From positions 114,266,001-114,330,000 of the forward strand of contig OX597821.1 of assembly GCA_951406725.2 (NCBI GenBank): a stretch of DNA of 64,000 nt, given 5' to 3'. Made by a program: the position numbers and the translations under genes. Of this stretch, positions 14,472 through 28,353 are shown piece by piece (positions within the stretch are counted from its first letter, which is position 1; each line of letters begins with the position of its first letter). The DNA comes from Octopus vulgaris (taxonomy: Eukaryota). The notes below the pieces were generated by a model. The model was not told the DNA's origin. It ran no database searches and saw nothing but the letters and a program-made list of their open reading frames with translations.

Positions 14472-14900
14472 GGCGGCGAGCTGGCAGAAACGTTTGCACG
14501 TCGGGCGAAATGCGTAGCCGTATTTCGTCTGCCGTTACGTTCTGAGTTCAAATTCCACAAAGGTCGACTTTGCCTTTCATCCTTCGGGGTCGATAAATTA
14601 AGGACCAGTTATGCACTGGGGTCGATATAATCGACTTAACGCGTTTGTCTGTCCTTGTTCGTCCCCTTTATGTTTAGCCCCTTGTGGGTAATAAAGAAAT
14701 AGGTATTTCGTCTGTCTTTACGTTCTGAGTTCAAATTCCACCGAGGTCGACTTTGCCATTCATCCTTTCGAGGTTGATGAATTAAGTACTAGTTGCGTAC
14801 TGGGGTCGATCTAATCGCATTGTCCCCTCCCCCCCACACACACACACACATACACACGCTCCCGAAATTACTGGACCTTGCGCCCAAATTGGAAACCAAT
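14472..14900 (+). mobile_element. Dimeric SINE family A copy
   Basis: Head + core + ...GGGTAATAAAGAAATA followed by a second B-box/core unit. Confidence 0.85.
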
Positions 14901-15681
14901 TTATTAGTTTTACTTATACAAATAGCAAACAAGGATGAGCTGACAAAACGATCGCGTATACTCCCATGATTTTCCAGGTTGTCCTAATCGTAGCAATGCG
15001 GTGAATGAGAAACTGTATTTTGTGGTAATCTGAATACATGCTGTGTTTATGGGAAAATATAAAGGTTTAAACTTTATCAATCAGTGATTTAATAATTAAT
15101 TCAATAATTAATTTACAGACATGTGTAATAAACCTCAGCTACGAATTGGGACGTAAGTATGTCATCAGTTGTTGCATAGGTTTATAAATAAAGACTCGTT
15201 CTGTATAAAGACCAGCTCAGTATGTAACTAAAGATTATCTTAAAATGTAGAGAAACTCGGGATGTGGAAGGCAAAGCCTCATTAAATCTGTTACATCGAC
15301 TCCATTGTTCAAAAGATATGCAAATAATTTATAACTTGTACTATACTGGAAATGTTTGTGGAGATTATTTGATTTGGCATCATTAGCAAAGAAAATTAGG
15401 AAATTTGTTGAATTAGCTAATTAGGATTGAAAATAAAACTCTGATTGATTGTTTGTTGTTTCAAAAAACGAAATATGCTGCGGAAAAAGACGTGATAGTT
15501 ACATCTGGAAAGTATTTTGTTATTGGTCTACTCAATAATCGTAAATTTATCAGGCTCTACCTCAGTGGTTCTCACATATTTTTCGCCTATGGAACTCTTT
15601 GATTCTTATTTTACTTAGGGGCGAGGACCCTCAGAGTCATTCGATGTCTAAAAACTCATATTTTTGTAATTGTATATTATT

Positions 15682-15994
15682 TATCTTTATTTATGCGCCC
15701 TTTTCAAGCCTAACCAGGCTCATGGGTCCGGTTTCCCGGTTTCAATGGCGTATGTGTTCCACCCAGCTGGACGGGACGCCAGTCCATCGCAGCGTTACTC
15801 AAGAAACAGGGAGAAAGAGTGAGAGAAAGTTGGAGCGAAAGAATACAACAGGGGTCGCCACCACCCCCTGCCGGAGCCTCGTGGAGTTTTTAGGTGTTTT
15901 CGCTCAATAAACACACAACACCCGGTCTGGGAATCGAAACCGCGATCCCCCGCCCGCGAGTCCGCTGCCCTAACCACTGGGCCATTGCGCTTCC
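15682..15994 (-). mobile_element. SINE family C copy, tail type 2
   Basis: A box TGGCCCAGTGG and B box GGTTTCGATTCCC on minus strand; TSD AATTG(T/C)ATATTATT at 15668-15681 and 15995-16008. Confidence 0.88.
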
Positions 15995-16055
15995 AATTGC
16001 ATATTATTAGGAATTGTATTTAAATATGTGTTTAAATATTTTGTGTATTGTAGAA

Positions 16056-16288
16056 AAGGGCGGTGAGCTGGCAGAATCGTTAGCAGGCCGGGCAAAATAC
16101 TTTGTGGTATTTCGTCCGCCGCTACGTTCTGAGTTCAAATTCCGCCGAGGTCGACTTTGCCTTTCATCCTTTCGGGGTCGATTAAATAAGTACCAGTTAC
16201 GCACTGGGGTCGATATAATCGACTTAATCCGTTTGTCTGTCCTTGTTTGTCCTTTCTATGTTTAGCCCCTTGTGGGCAATAAAGAAAT
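16056..16288 (+). mobile_element. SINE family A copy with 20-bp TSD
   Basis: ATATTTTGTGTATTGTAGAA at 16036-16055 and 16289-16308. Confidence 0.9.
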
Positions 16289-17277
16289 ATATTTTGTGTA
16301 TTGTAGAAGTATAAGCAATTATTACACACAAAAACCTCATATGAACCCTAAGGGACATATGGACCCCTGTTGAGAACCACTGCTCTAAATGGAGATTCAA
16401 CTTGCAAGAAATAGCAGCCAAATCGCCTTCAATTTATACCCTGCCATCTTTAAAAAAAAGTGGACCGACTGGATACGATAGTCTTATAAATAAAATACCT
16501 GAAAATATGATAGGATGGTCGCGACAGGAAATCCGTTGATTATATAGGTCAGCTCGATCTAGCCTCACTTGGGATTAACAAAATAAAACGATATATAAAA
16601 ACCTAAGGAATGTAAACGAATAAAAGAAAATGGTGCAAGATTCTGCATTAGAACAATGTTAGAAATATTCTAAGAGCATGAAATAAAACAATCATAACAA
16701 CATCAATGTTTCATTTTTTTTTCTTTTAGTTCTATCAATTTCTTTTTTACTTTCTGTTTTTCTTATCTTTTTGTTTGAATCATGCCACCACAAAAATATT
16801 CCGTGTACTTAAATGTTTCAGCATTTATTTATTTGATAAAATAATTTTAATACATTATAATTATTTTCAGATGATGTATTATCGCAGTCAAATCACATTT
16901 GTTTTAGAATTTTGCTAATACACATTAAAATAAGTATAAATAGATTGTCAAAATTAAAGTCATCTGCTTAAAATTATTTCGTGCTACAAACAGCAGACGA
17001 TAGAGAAAAACACCTCATCTCAGCCTCGTTTGGCAAGCATTTGATTTAGTGGAGGGCCTATAAATATTTTTCATTTTTGTATTTTGTTATGGTTTGGGGG
17101 AGAATTTTTTCGAGTTCATATATGTAGAGGAGGTGTAGCGATTATATAAGAAGATTTTTCTGTTTCAGAACTCGCTTCGAAAAGATCGAGACTGTTTTGT
17201 CTCAAACTTTACAGACACGTACTGATAGCGAGGAATTAGTTGGATAAGAGTTATCATCTGCCCAATTTACCCGAGGA

Positions 17278-17550
<273 letters not shown>

Positions 17551-18459
17551 CTTTTTTTTCTTCTTCTTGTTGAGCCGATGTGAGTTCTGATCGACTGTTA
17601 ACACTGCATTTGCCAGCGCATCACTGATTTTTAATCTGGTAGGGTCTGATTTGAGGGCGACTTGCTTGATATTCTTAGCAGATCGACCGACTGTGCAGAG
17701 GCTTTCCCGTTAGCACGTTACTTGGGTTACAGCCACTGGACAGTCTCCAAATCAGAACTGTCTGGACTGTAATCTTAAATATCGAAAGGCACGTATTCTA
17801 ACCAGGAAGATACCCACGGTTATCTTGTTTCACTGGTTTATAGTACAACGTATTCGACATTCTTGTACGGCATTTGTAGGTGGAAGGAAATGAAAAACGT
17901 GACCTGGCAGTAAGAGTCTAACAAGCTGTTAGTTCACAACTGAAGGTATATGAGTGACGCAAAAATAAGAAGCGATTTTTTTATATATGGCTCCGTTGTG
18001 AAAAGCTTTTCTTTAAAAAAAAATGGGGTAAAATGGTGAAGGGATAAATTGTATAAAGTGCGAGACCGCGTTCCAATGCAAACCTTGCAAAACAGTAATT
18101 GTGTTATAACTATTTCCGTTTCCACTAGACCCTATAGGAAAAAGGGAATCGTTTCTCTAAGTGACTTACCAAGAACCGAAAGACTCCGGGATTTTTTTCA
18201 GTTTCCTTAAGATAAGGTATCTTTCAATAAAATTCATTAAAATATTGTTTATTTAATATAATGGTATTCACGATTTTGAAAATATTAATATATTTTCTCG
18301 GTAAAGCAATTCTTGTTTTATTTAATATCTAAGTAACTCTTTTGGTATCAACTGATTTGATACTATTGCTGGTTCTATGATACAAACTTTCTGTATTCAA
18401 AATATTCCATCAAAAATTTCAATTTATTTTATATTCCAAACACCAGTTTGACAATCAGC

Positions 18460-18553
18460 AGTGTTGAGTCGGCGGTGGTGAGTCGGCGGTGGTGTGTCGG
18501 CGGTGGTGAGTCGGCGGTGGTGTGACGGCGGTGTTGAGTCGGCGGTGGTGAGT
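18460..18553. repeat. 14-bp GC-rich minisatellite (GAGTCGGCGGTGGT, about 6 units)
   Basis: Direct reading. Confidence 0.9.
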
Positions 18554-18928
18554 TGTCCCTATTCGAACTTAACAACGACAAAGCTATTTTGTTAAATTCT
18601 TCATAATTTTCATAATTAATCCAAACAAAAGAAATATATTTCAAAAGAAATATGGATTCAAAAGTATTCAAGTGATTTACATTAAAACTTTCCATCAAAA
18701 TTTCATGTTAATCTTATTTCATTCCAAACACCAGTTTAACAATGAGAACGTTATTTTACTAAATTATTTTTCGCTATGAAGTGAAACAAAGGCAGTAAAT
18801 TTCAACGGAAATATGGCAACGACAGGGTTAAAATGAAGCGAGATGTTGACTATGCTAAGTTGGTAGAGATTCCATAACTTTAGAAGCATTTTGCTCATAC
18901 AAGATGTTCCATAAGAAAATTAGTTTGG

Positions 18929-19006
18929 GACATGGAGAATATAGCATAAGACATGGAGAATATAGCATAAGCCATGGAGAATATAGCATAAGACATGGAG
19001 AATATA
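18929..19006. repeat. 21-bp tandem repeat GACATGGAGAATATAGCATAA (about 4 units)
   Basis: Direct reading. Confidence 0.9.
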
Positions 19007-19467
19007 CCAACGAGGAAATTTAAAAACGTTTCATAATGCCATCATTACCATTTCCAGCCCCATGTCAATTATTTATTTCACGATATCTTCGTTTTAAATT
19101 CCGGTACTTCACAATAACATCGTTCTCACAGACTTTAATTCAATAATTTTTGTGACAGTCACCAACACGGCGCAGTACTTCTAACTGTATGCTAACAAGA
19201 CATGCTTACACGCCAGTAGACACCATTCGGAATTGTATCGTTACACATTGACACCGGCGAATTCTCCCCTCGAGTCTTCACAGCATATAACCTACCTACA
19301 CAACGCTGCCCCATCCCCCGCCATCTTTATGTTAACAATACATTCTTACAGGGCTACAGACCTCACCAACCCATGTGTTAACAATACAGGATGAGACATC
19401 AGTATTTTTAAGCCATATGCTAGCAATACAGCTTTACAGTGCAGTTCTCACTGGTTCTGTCTTCAGA

Positions 19468-19565
<98 letters not shown>

Positions 19566-19654
19566 GTGTGTGTGTGTGTGTATGAGTGTATTTATGTATA
19601 TACAATTTTACTTCCTGCACATTACCTAGACACTGATCTACTTCCACTGTATAG

Positions 19655-19701
<47 letters not shown>

Positions 19702-19778
19702 CATATATACATGTATATATATATATATATATGAATGTATGTGTATAGATATATGTATGCATGTATGTACATGTATGC

Positions 19779-19820
<42 letters not shown>

Positions 19821-19984
19821 GCATGTATAATGTATGTATACATTTCTGCAAAGAAATGGATATACATGTGTGTGTGAATGTATATGTGTAATATAAGTGT
19901 ATGTGCATATGTGTATATTCCATTTTGCCACAATACATATTCAGTTATTTGTTAAACAACCCACTACTTGAGTATCCACAACCA

Positions 19985-20130
19985 GCATGGCTGTGTGGTT
20001 AAGAATTTCTCTTCGGTACCAGGTGGCTTTTGGTTCTATCCCCACTACACGGCACCTTAAACAAATGTGTTTTATTGCAGCCCGGAGTGACCAATGCCTT
20101 GTGAGTGAAACTGTGTAGAATACTGTCGTG
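19985..20130 (+). mobile_element. SINE family B head (decayed)
   Basis: GCATGGCTGTGTGGTTAAGAA...GGCACCTT...GCCTTGTGAGTG. Confidence 0.65.
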
Positions 20131-20340
<210 letters not shown>

Positions 20341-20374
20341 AAAAAAATATATATATATATATATATACATACAT

Positions 20375-20693
<319 letters not shown>

Positions 20694-20704
20694 CCTACAT
20701 ACAT

Positions 20705-21200
20705 ATATCAGCCATGAATCAGATGTCTTCCTTGTATCCTGGAGTCGGTTTGCCAAGACTCTTAAGTCCTCTTTCTGTTGTCTTGCATACATTCAGCCAG
20801 GATCTTGTTTCTAGTTCATTCTTTGACGTCGTCAGTTTACAAATGTCTTTGAAAGCCTCTTGCTCTCTTCCCTTCCGCACTTCCTGTCAGCATGGCCTCG
20901 GGCAATGACGTGTGGCGCATTTTAGATTCGAAACCTGATAGCATTGTGGACTTGATTCTCTTTCAGCTTTTCCTGTCCTGTAACGCTTGTCACTTCATCT
21001 TTCCAATTTATCACGTCCAATCAGCGAAAGATCCACATTTCAAGGTCTTCAAATTTCTTTTCCATTACTTTCTAAATTCTCCAAGTTTCTGCCCCGTGAA
21101 AAGCAATTGGTATAATATAAGAATTTATTACTTTCAGTTTAAAGAGTGGCATTCTGTCATTTGAGGAGATCTTTTTTATTTTAATAAATATTTTGAGGCA
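20705..21200 (-). mobile_element. Degraded RTE-clade LINE 3' region
   Basis: KLKVINSYIIPIAFHGAETW...FEDLEMWIFR, typical RTE post-RT motifs, with stops. Confidence 0.7.
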
Positions 21201-22207
21201 ATGTCCAAGAATAGGACATATAATTTTTACCAGCTGAGTGGACTGGAGCATCGTGAAATAAAGTGTCTTGCTCAAAAGTTCAACGCGGCGAAGGGAATCG
21301 AACTCACAACCTTTATACTCTAACCATTTAACCGTGCGCCTTCACACATCTTGTGAATATAAGGAAAACAAAGTCTCGATGCAAAAGAAAGACAATAAAT
21401 TCATTTATATATTTAGACAATACAAAACTCACCATATGTCTTGCGAGATCAACGGCATTGTGTGTATGTGTGTGTACGTATGCATGTGTGTATGTGTGTG
21501 AAGAGGAATGTGTCTTTGTGTACGTATACAAATATGCATGTGGGCACGTGCAGACGTGTGTGCCTGGCTGCATGTTTTATAAATTTTACTCAGGAATATA
21601 CGCATAAACTTTCAAGTGTTCACACCAGAAGAATACTCTTGACTCACACAACTGGACAGTCATCGTTTTAAACAGTAGAAATATCCTGTTACCCATTGCC
21701 GACATTTGTTTAAAGAAAAGATCTTGTTAGTTTTGATAAAAAAAATATTTTCAGGTTGTTAACCTCAACTTTTCTCTTATTTCGTATTCATTCTTGTTGA
21801 TATTCAGTCGAGTTCTTTTTCTCCTTTAAGTGTTTTCTTATATTTTTTGTGTGTCCCCGGCAGCATTGTTTCTATTCATTGTTTATAAACCTCACGAAAT
21901 AAAAATTCATAAGTTGATCTCTGATCTAAACACATAACCATACACAGAGTGTCTTAATTCAAAACGTTCAAAACCTTGGCTTCTTACAAAAGAATTTCGT
22001 TAAAAAAAAAAAAGAAAAAAAGTGCAGATCGGTTATCATTAAACAATGTAATGAACTTTATTTGAATGAATCGATCCCAGAACTTATGTTTCTTTTGTTT
22101 TTTTTAGCCTGATACTTATTCTATTGGTTTCTTTAGCAGGACTAAGTTATGGAAATATAAACACACCAACACCGGTTGTTAAGTGGTGATGAGACACACA
22201 CACACAA

Positions 22208-22260
<53 letters not shown>

Positions 22261-22274
22261 AAAGTTGGTTTGTG

Positions 22275-22467
<193 letters not shown>

Positions 22468-22767
22468 GGAGGCGCAATGGCCCAGTGGTTAGGGCAGCGG
22501 ACTCGCGGTCGTAGGATCGCGGTTTCGATTCCCAGACCGGGCGCTGTGAGTGTTTATTGAGCGAAAACACCTAAAGCTCCACGAGGCTCCGGCAGGGGGT
22601 GGGTGGCGATTCCTGCTGTACTCTTTCACCACAACTTTCTTCTGTTGGCCTGCTCGCTTAGCCAGCGGGGTGCCGTCATTTGAAGGCTAAAACAATGCGA
22701 AGCGCATTGTGACGAACGATGTGTAGCAACATCTGATAGCCTGGTCGGTCACGGTGATCACGGTGAT
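22468..22767 (+). mobile_element. SINE family C copy, tail type 3 (RTE-like)
   Basis: Same tRNA-like head as 15682-15994 and 44718-45083; tail ends CTGGTCGGTCACGGTGATCACGGTGAT. Confidence 0.88.
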
Positions 22768-22784
22768 ATATATACATATATATG

Positions 22785-22954
22785 CTGTGATGTAAGTAGC
22801 TTGCTAACCAAGCACATGGTTCCGGGTTCAGTCCCACTGCGTGGCATCTTGAGCAAGTGTCTTCTGCTATAGCTCCGGGCCGACCAATGCCTTGTGAGTG
22901 GATTTGGTAGACGGAAACTGAAAGAAGCCTGTCGTATATATGTATATATATATG

Positions 22955-23005
<51 letters not shown>

Positions 23006-23195
23006 TTGTGTGTCTGTGTTTGTCCCCCTAGCATTGCTTGACAACCGATGCTGGTGTGTTTACGTCCCCGTCACTTAGCGGTTCAAAGAGACCGATAGAA
23101 TAAGTACTGGGCTTACAAAGAATAAGTCCCGGCGGTGCTCCAGCATGGCCGCAGTCAAATGACTGAAACAAGTAAAAGAGTAAAAGAGTAAAGAG
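22785..23195 (+). mobile_element. SINE family B copy
   Basis: Head with GGTTCAGTCCC B-box-like motif, internal microsatellite, GTAAAAGA tandem tail. Confidence 0.85.
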
Positions 23196-23214
23196 AAAGA
23201 GAGTATGCGACAGG

Positions 23215-23340
23215 AGTTTACAGTTTCCGTCTAACAAATCCACTCAAGGCTTTGGTCAGCCCGGGGCTGTAGTAAAAGGTGTCATGCAATGGTACTGAAC
23301 CCGGAACCAAATGGTTCTTCTTACCACACATCCACGCAAC
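23215..23340 (-). mobile_element. SINE family B head fragment
   Basis: CAGTTTCCGTCTA...CAAGGCTTTGGTC...GAACCCGGAACC. Confidence 0.7.
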
Positions 23341-23417
23341 GCATTTTTCCTTTGAAAATCTCACAACAAAACAATGTTTTTTAATATGATGTTTATTGCA
23401 GAAAGCAAGAGATGTTT

Positions 23418-23531
23418 GTCACATTTGGCCGAGTGGTCTAAGGCGCCCGACTCAAGGATAATTTCTTTAACCAAAATAATAAGTATTCTGATCTGCGAAT
23501 GTGGGTGTGGGTTTGAACTCCACTTCTGACA
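23418..23531 (+). tRNA. trnL: Intron-containing tRNA-Leu(CAA), probably a pseudogene
   Basis: GTCA...TGGCCGAGTGGTCTAAGGCGC-CGACT-CAA-G, ~29-nt intron 23457-23485, long variable arm, ...CCACTTCTGACA, T5 at 23538-23542; acceptor, anticodon stem and T-loop (TTTGAAC) mutated. Confidence 0.8.
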
Positions 23532-23546
23532 AGCATCTTTTTAGCT

Positions 23547-23920
23547 GCAGGCGTGGCTGTGTGGTAAGAAGCTTGCTTCCCGACCACATGGTTCCGGGTT
23601 CATTCCCGCTGCGCGGCACCTTGGGCAAGTGTCTGCTACTATAACCCTAGGCTGATCAAAGCCTTATGAGTGCATTTGATAGACGGAAACTGAAAGTAGC
23701 CCGTCGTATATGTGTGTGCGTGTATGTGCCTCTGTGTTTGTCCCTCACCATTGAATCATTGTTTACATCTCCATAACTCAGCGATTCAGTAACAGACATC
23801 GATAGAATAACTACAAAGTTTAATAAAATAAATACCAGCGTCGATTCGTTCGACTAAGATTCTTCAAAGCAGTGCCCCAGGATGGCTGCAGTCCAGTAAC
23901 TAAAACAAGTAAAAGATGAA
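23547..23920 (+). mobile_element. SINE family B copy (complete head)
   Basis: GCAGGCGTGGCTGTGTGGTAAGAAGCTTGCTTCC...AAACAAGTAAAAGA. Confidence 0.85.
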
Positions 23921-23959
23921 AGACGTTTTCTTGTGTTTTGAGGAGTTTTTAAAAAATTT

Positions 23960-24262
23960 CTTTTTATGTCTTTATTGCCCACAGGCGGCTTAACATAGAG
24001 AGGACAAACAAGAACAGACAAAGAAATACTTATTTCTTTACTACCCACAAGGGACTAAACACAGAGAGGACAAACAAGGACAGACAAACGGGTTAAGTCG
24101 GTTGTATCGATCCCAGTGCGTAACTGGTACTTATTTAATCGACCCCGAAAGGATGAAAGGCATAGTCGACCTAGGCGGAATTTGAACTTAGAACGTAACA
24201 ACAGACGAAATACGGCTACGCATTTCGCCCGGCGTGCTAACGATTCTACCAGCTCGCCGCCC
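23960..24262 (-). mobile_element. SINE family A copy with duplicated tail
   Basis: Core CGACCCCGAAAGGATGAAAGGC; tail unit present twice. Confidence 0.85.
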
Positions 24263-24689
24263 TTTTTTTAAATTTTTATTGCTTAGTCCGGAGGTAATAT
24301 AGTGCTCATGACCTTCTTTAGGGCCGCCGGAACCTGCAGGAAGAAGAAAGGAAGGTACCCCTAACCCAGGAATCTGACCAGAATGCTTCTTTATTTACTT
24401 GTGGTGGCATTCACCCGGGATGGGTTGAGCCTATCGACGCCAAATGCATGAAAATGTAGTTAACTTCGGCAGGATTTGAACTCAACGAGCCGAGGATCAG
24501 AACATATTTACTGTGAGACACTCCAGTTCCTTATTGGCAAAAAATCTTGAAATAAACTGAATAATCACATACACATATATGTGTGTGTGCGTGTGTGTAT
24601 ACATACATACATATATATATATGTGTGTGTGTGTATGGTGTGTGTGTGTGTTTGTGTGTATGTATATATACATATACATATATATATAT

Positions 24690-24749
<60 letters not shown>

Positions 24750-24759
24750 TGTATATATA

Positions 24760-24920
24760 CGACGGGCTTCTTTCAGTTTCCGTCTACCAAATCCACTCAC
24801 AAGGCTTTGGTCGGCTTGAGGTTATAGTAGAAGACACTTACCTAAGGTGCCACACAGTGGGACTGTACCAGGAGTCATGTGGTCGGAATGCAAGTTTCTT
24901 ACCACACAACCAAGCCTGCG
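24760..24920 (-). mobile_element. SINE family B head
   Basis: CGACGGGCTTCTTTCAGTTTCCGTCTACCAAATCCACTCACAAGGC. Confidence 0.8.
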
Positions 24921-25499
24921 CCTCTGTATATGCATATATTTCTTTTGTGTAGACACACGTCTTTTGGTGTATAGATGCGTGTGTACATATATGGCGCCGA
25001 GTGGACCTGATGTAGAAATGAAGCGAAAACTATCTTCAGCTGTCGTTTTGTGTTTGTTGCTTCTGGGTGAGCCTCTGAACGTCGTAAGAAATGACTCATG
25101 TACGAACATCGATGCTTATATTCCAATAATGGCCTTGTCTAGTACGGCACGTATGCAGAGAATCATCAGATAAGTATTTAGAGAGCTGTTGCTTGTGTGT
25201 CTGTGAGTGTCTGTGCGTGGTATGTGCGCGTGTATGTGTGTGTGTGCATGTCTGTATGTGCGCGCGTATGTGTGTGTGTTTGTGCGCGTGTGTATGTGTA
25301 TGTGTGTGTGTGTGTGCGTGTGTATGTTTGTGTGCGTGTGTATACGTGTGTGCGTGTATGTATGTATGTATGTGTGTGTACATGTGTATATATGTGGTGT
25401 GTGTGTGTCTTTATAATTATTTGATGCTTTGCTGAACTACATTGTAAAACAGGAAATCATTAATATCAGATTTATAACGAATTGTAATTATTATTATTA

Positions 25500-25534
<35 letters not shown>

Positions 25535-25538
25535 GTGA

Positions 25539-25725
25539 AGGCGGCAAGCTGGCAGAATGCTGCTAAGCATTTTCTCTTTACGCTCTAAGTTCGAATTCCG
25601 CTGAGGTCGACTTTGCCTTTCGTCCCTTCCGGTTCGATAAAATAAGGACCACTTGAGCACAGGGTTCGATGCAATCGGCTAACCCCCGCCTCCGAAACTG
25701 CTAGCCTTGTCAAAATTTGAACCCA
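25539..25725 (+). mobile_element. SINE family A copy
   Basis: GGCGGCAAGCTGGCAGAA...GAGGTCGACTTTGCCTTTC. Confidence 0.75.
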
Positions 25726-25729
25726 TTGG

Positions 25730-26840
25730 AAGCTGTCTCTGAAGGATCAGGAGGAAGTGGCGAATGCGTACATCGCTTCCATCATCTACTACCATCTGAT
25801 CGCCGTCCCTTTCCCTGTTTATGGATAATCAAGCTAGAGTGCTTGCTCTTCTGCTTTCTGTAGAAGGGACGCCGTCTGCTCGTCAGATGATCTATCTGCT
25901 GTCAGCAGCCACTGAGTGGATCACTAGGCACGCCGTGGCTAATGATGCGCAGATAAACGCTAAGACTGCGTCATCTGCAGCGTTTCTTTGGCGGTGAGCA
26001 GGTGTGGTCACCGTCAGTCAGGCAAGAGCTACAGTCCTGGATCGAGCGTAGATCGAGAAAGGGTGCTTGGCACCTGGAATATCGGAAAAACGTTCACAGC
26101 CATCGGTGAAAATTTCACATCGAAGTTCTGTAGGGAAATATTGGCGAGCAAAAGCGACGTTGTCCTCGAGGAAACTCTGGGCGCGGGGAGGGATCAGTTA
26201 GCTGATCTTTTCCGGAGGACTTTCGGGCCGCATCTTATGAATAATTTCCAGAAATCCTTGGTATGGCAGTGTTACCGGACAACTCTGCCGGTTCGAGATG
26301 AGGTGTACAAGCACGAAAGTGCTGTCAGACGGACGTATCCAAGATGTTCTCAGGGCAAAGGAAACTGTTCTGCACGCACTCACCCAGTGTCCGAACATTG
26401 CTTATGTGTGGAGCTTTGTCGGGCAGTTGTTGACGTGTGTAGGACCGAGTTCCCCGTGAGGAAGGCCCTTCCACCTTCTTTTTGGCCGGGAAGGTAAGGC
26501 AGCCTTCCTCTGTAATTTTGGTGAAAAGTGGATGAATGTAACGAAGATGATCCGTATACATGGGCCTACTCTGAGCGTGCGGCTGTAGGCCGGAGGGAAT
26601 AGAGATGTGGGAAGTACTAAACCGAGGTGTTCGGAGTGTCTAGAATGCGCGAGGTTCGTTGTTTGCCTCTGGAAAATTTTATTGTTCGAATTTTTATTAA
26701 TTGCTATTGTTTGTTACTCTTTATACTCACTAAATGTTAATCCCCACAGTCCTTTGTGTTGTATCACCCTTTGTTTTGGGGTGTGACCCTTGTGACCAAT
26801 AAAGAAAAGATTATCATCATCACCATCATCATTATCATTA
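25730..26840 (+). mobile_element. Degraded Tx1/L1-like LINE 3' end
   Basis: FQKSLVWQCYRTTLPVRD...PRCSQ..ETVLHALTQC across a frameshift resembles zf-RVT; AATAAA near 26798 then (ATC)n-like tail. Confidence 0.7.
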
Positions 26841-27309
26841 TATGTTCTAACTTCATCTTATAATACATCCCATGTTGCAACTATAGATTATCTAATATCC
26901 GCTAAATATATATTTGTCGCTGTCTCCAAAACTGTGCGAGCGGAGCAGAAAGAGAGGGAGAGAAGGGGAGAAGAGAGAAAGAGAAGGAGATGGAGGGAGA
27001 GAGAAAGAGAATGACAGTAAGTGTGAATGTGAGCTAACAACCCGCTTACGAACTGGCCAAGATGCAGAGCCCCCGGCTGTATTACGAAAATCTCTTATAG
27101 TAGATTCGAATCAAAGTTTATTTATACTAAAATGATGGAATGTTTCCGACTGTGCCATCTGCATTTAGCGTGTTAGTATAACAGACAGAAGTAGGTCTTT
27201 GAGGTTTGCCGACAATTTGTCATAGTCGCAACGAAATAATGTGAAAAATAATGTCAATAGGGCGTGCCTACCTGTCTGATTACGTTGACGGTTTAGCGCT
27301 CACAGTTAT

Positions 27310-27695
27310 TATATTGGCTCCAAACTTTCGAATAAGGCCAGCAAGGGAGAAAGTAAGTCAATTATTACTTCGACCCCACTGCTCAACTGGTACGTATTTT
27401 ATCGACGCCAAAAGGACGAAAGGCAAAGTCAGCCTCGGTGGAATATGAACTCAGAGCGTAAAGATAGACGAAATACCTATTTCTTTACTACCCACAAGGG
27501 GCTAAACACAGAGAGGAACAAACAAGGACAGAAACACGGATTAATTCGATTACATCGACCTCAGTGCATAACTGGTAGTTAATTTATAGAAAGGCAAAGT
27601 CGACCTCGGCGGAATTTGAACTCAGAACACAGCGGCTGAAGAAATACCACAAAGCATTTCGACCGGCGTGCTAACGTTTCTGCCAGCCCGCAGCC
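27310..27695 (-). mobile_element. Dimeric SINE family A copy
   Basis: Two AAAGGCAAAGTC...GAACTCAGA units. Confidence 0.8.
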
Positions 27696-27788
27696 CTATT
27701 CTTGCAGTTATTATATGCCCATATAAACGTTCAGGTTCTTTATGTACTGAGTTGAAATCATGCCGTGATCGATGCTGCTTTTCCACTA

Positions 27789-28009
27789 CAGTAATCCCTC
27801 GCCATATCGCGGTTCACCTATCGCGGTTTATTATTTAAGCTTATGTCGATTCCTCCGTGGTGTTGTTTTGCATTTATAATAAAATAAATATATACAAATT
27901 GTAAAAATAATTTTTAAAATATACAGTACAATACTGTCTCTACTTCACGGATTTTCACCTATGGCCGGGTTTTTAGAAAGTAACACACGCGATAGTCGAG
28001 AAATTACTG
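27789..28009. mobile_element. Tigger/pogo-like MITE (short form)
   Basis: TA|CAGTAATCCCTCG...CGAGAAATTACTG|TA; related to 30777-31263. Confidence 0.85.
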
Positions 28010-28231
28010 TATTCAGAATTGCTCGCTTCCTAGCCTCAGCTGGAAAACCGAGCCCTGTTTTCTTCCGCATAGCCACTAAGCATCCAGTGGCTATTCAAGA
28101 GAAAACCATGCTTACTTTACCAGCTGACAATCGGAAACGAGCAACTCTGAGTAATGAGCTGTAAAAGAATACTCTACATTTGTATTAAGTCCTGTGTGTA
28201 ATTTATCACTTCTGGTGAATCAAAAGAGATT

Positions 28232-28312
<81 letters not shown>

Positions 28313-28320
28313 GGCTAGAT

Positions 28321-28345
<25 letters not shown>
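28232..28345. repeat. (GATA)n/(GA)n microsatellite
   Basis: Direct reading. Confidence 0.95.

Positions 28346-28353
<8 letters not shown>

Larger units (their letters stand above)
15563..16382. mobile_element. hAT-type MITE carrying two nested SINEs
   Basis: TIRs CAGTGGTTCTCA / TGAGAACCACTG; 8-bp flanks CTCTACCT / CTCTAAAT (6/8 match). Confidence 0.8.
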
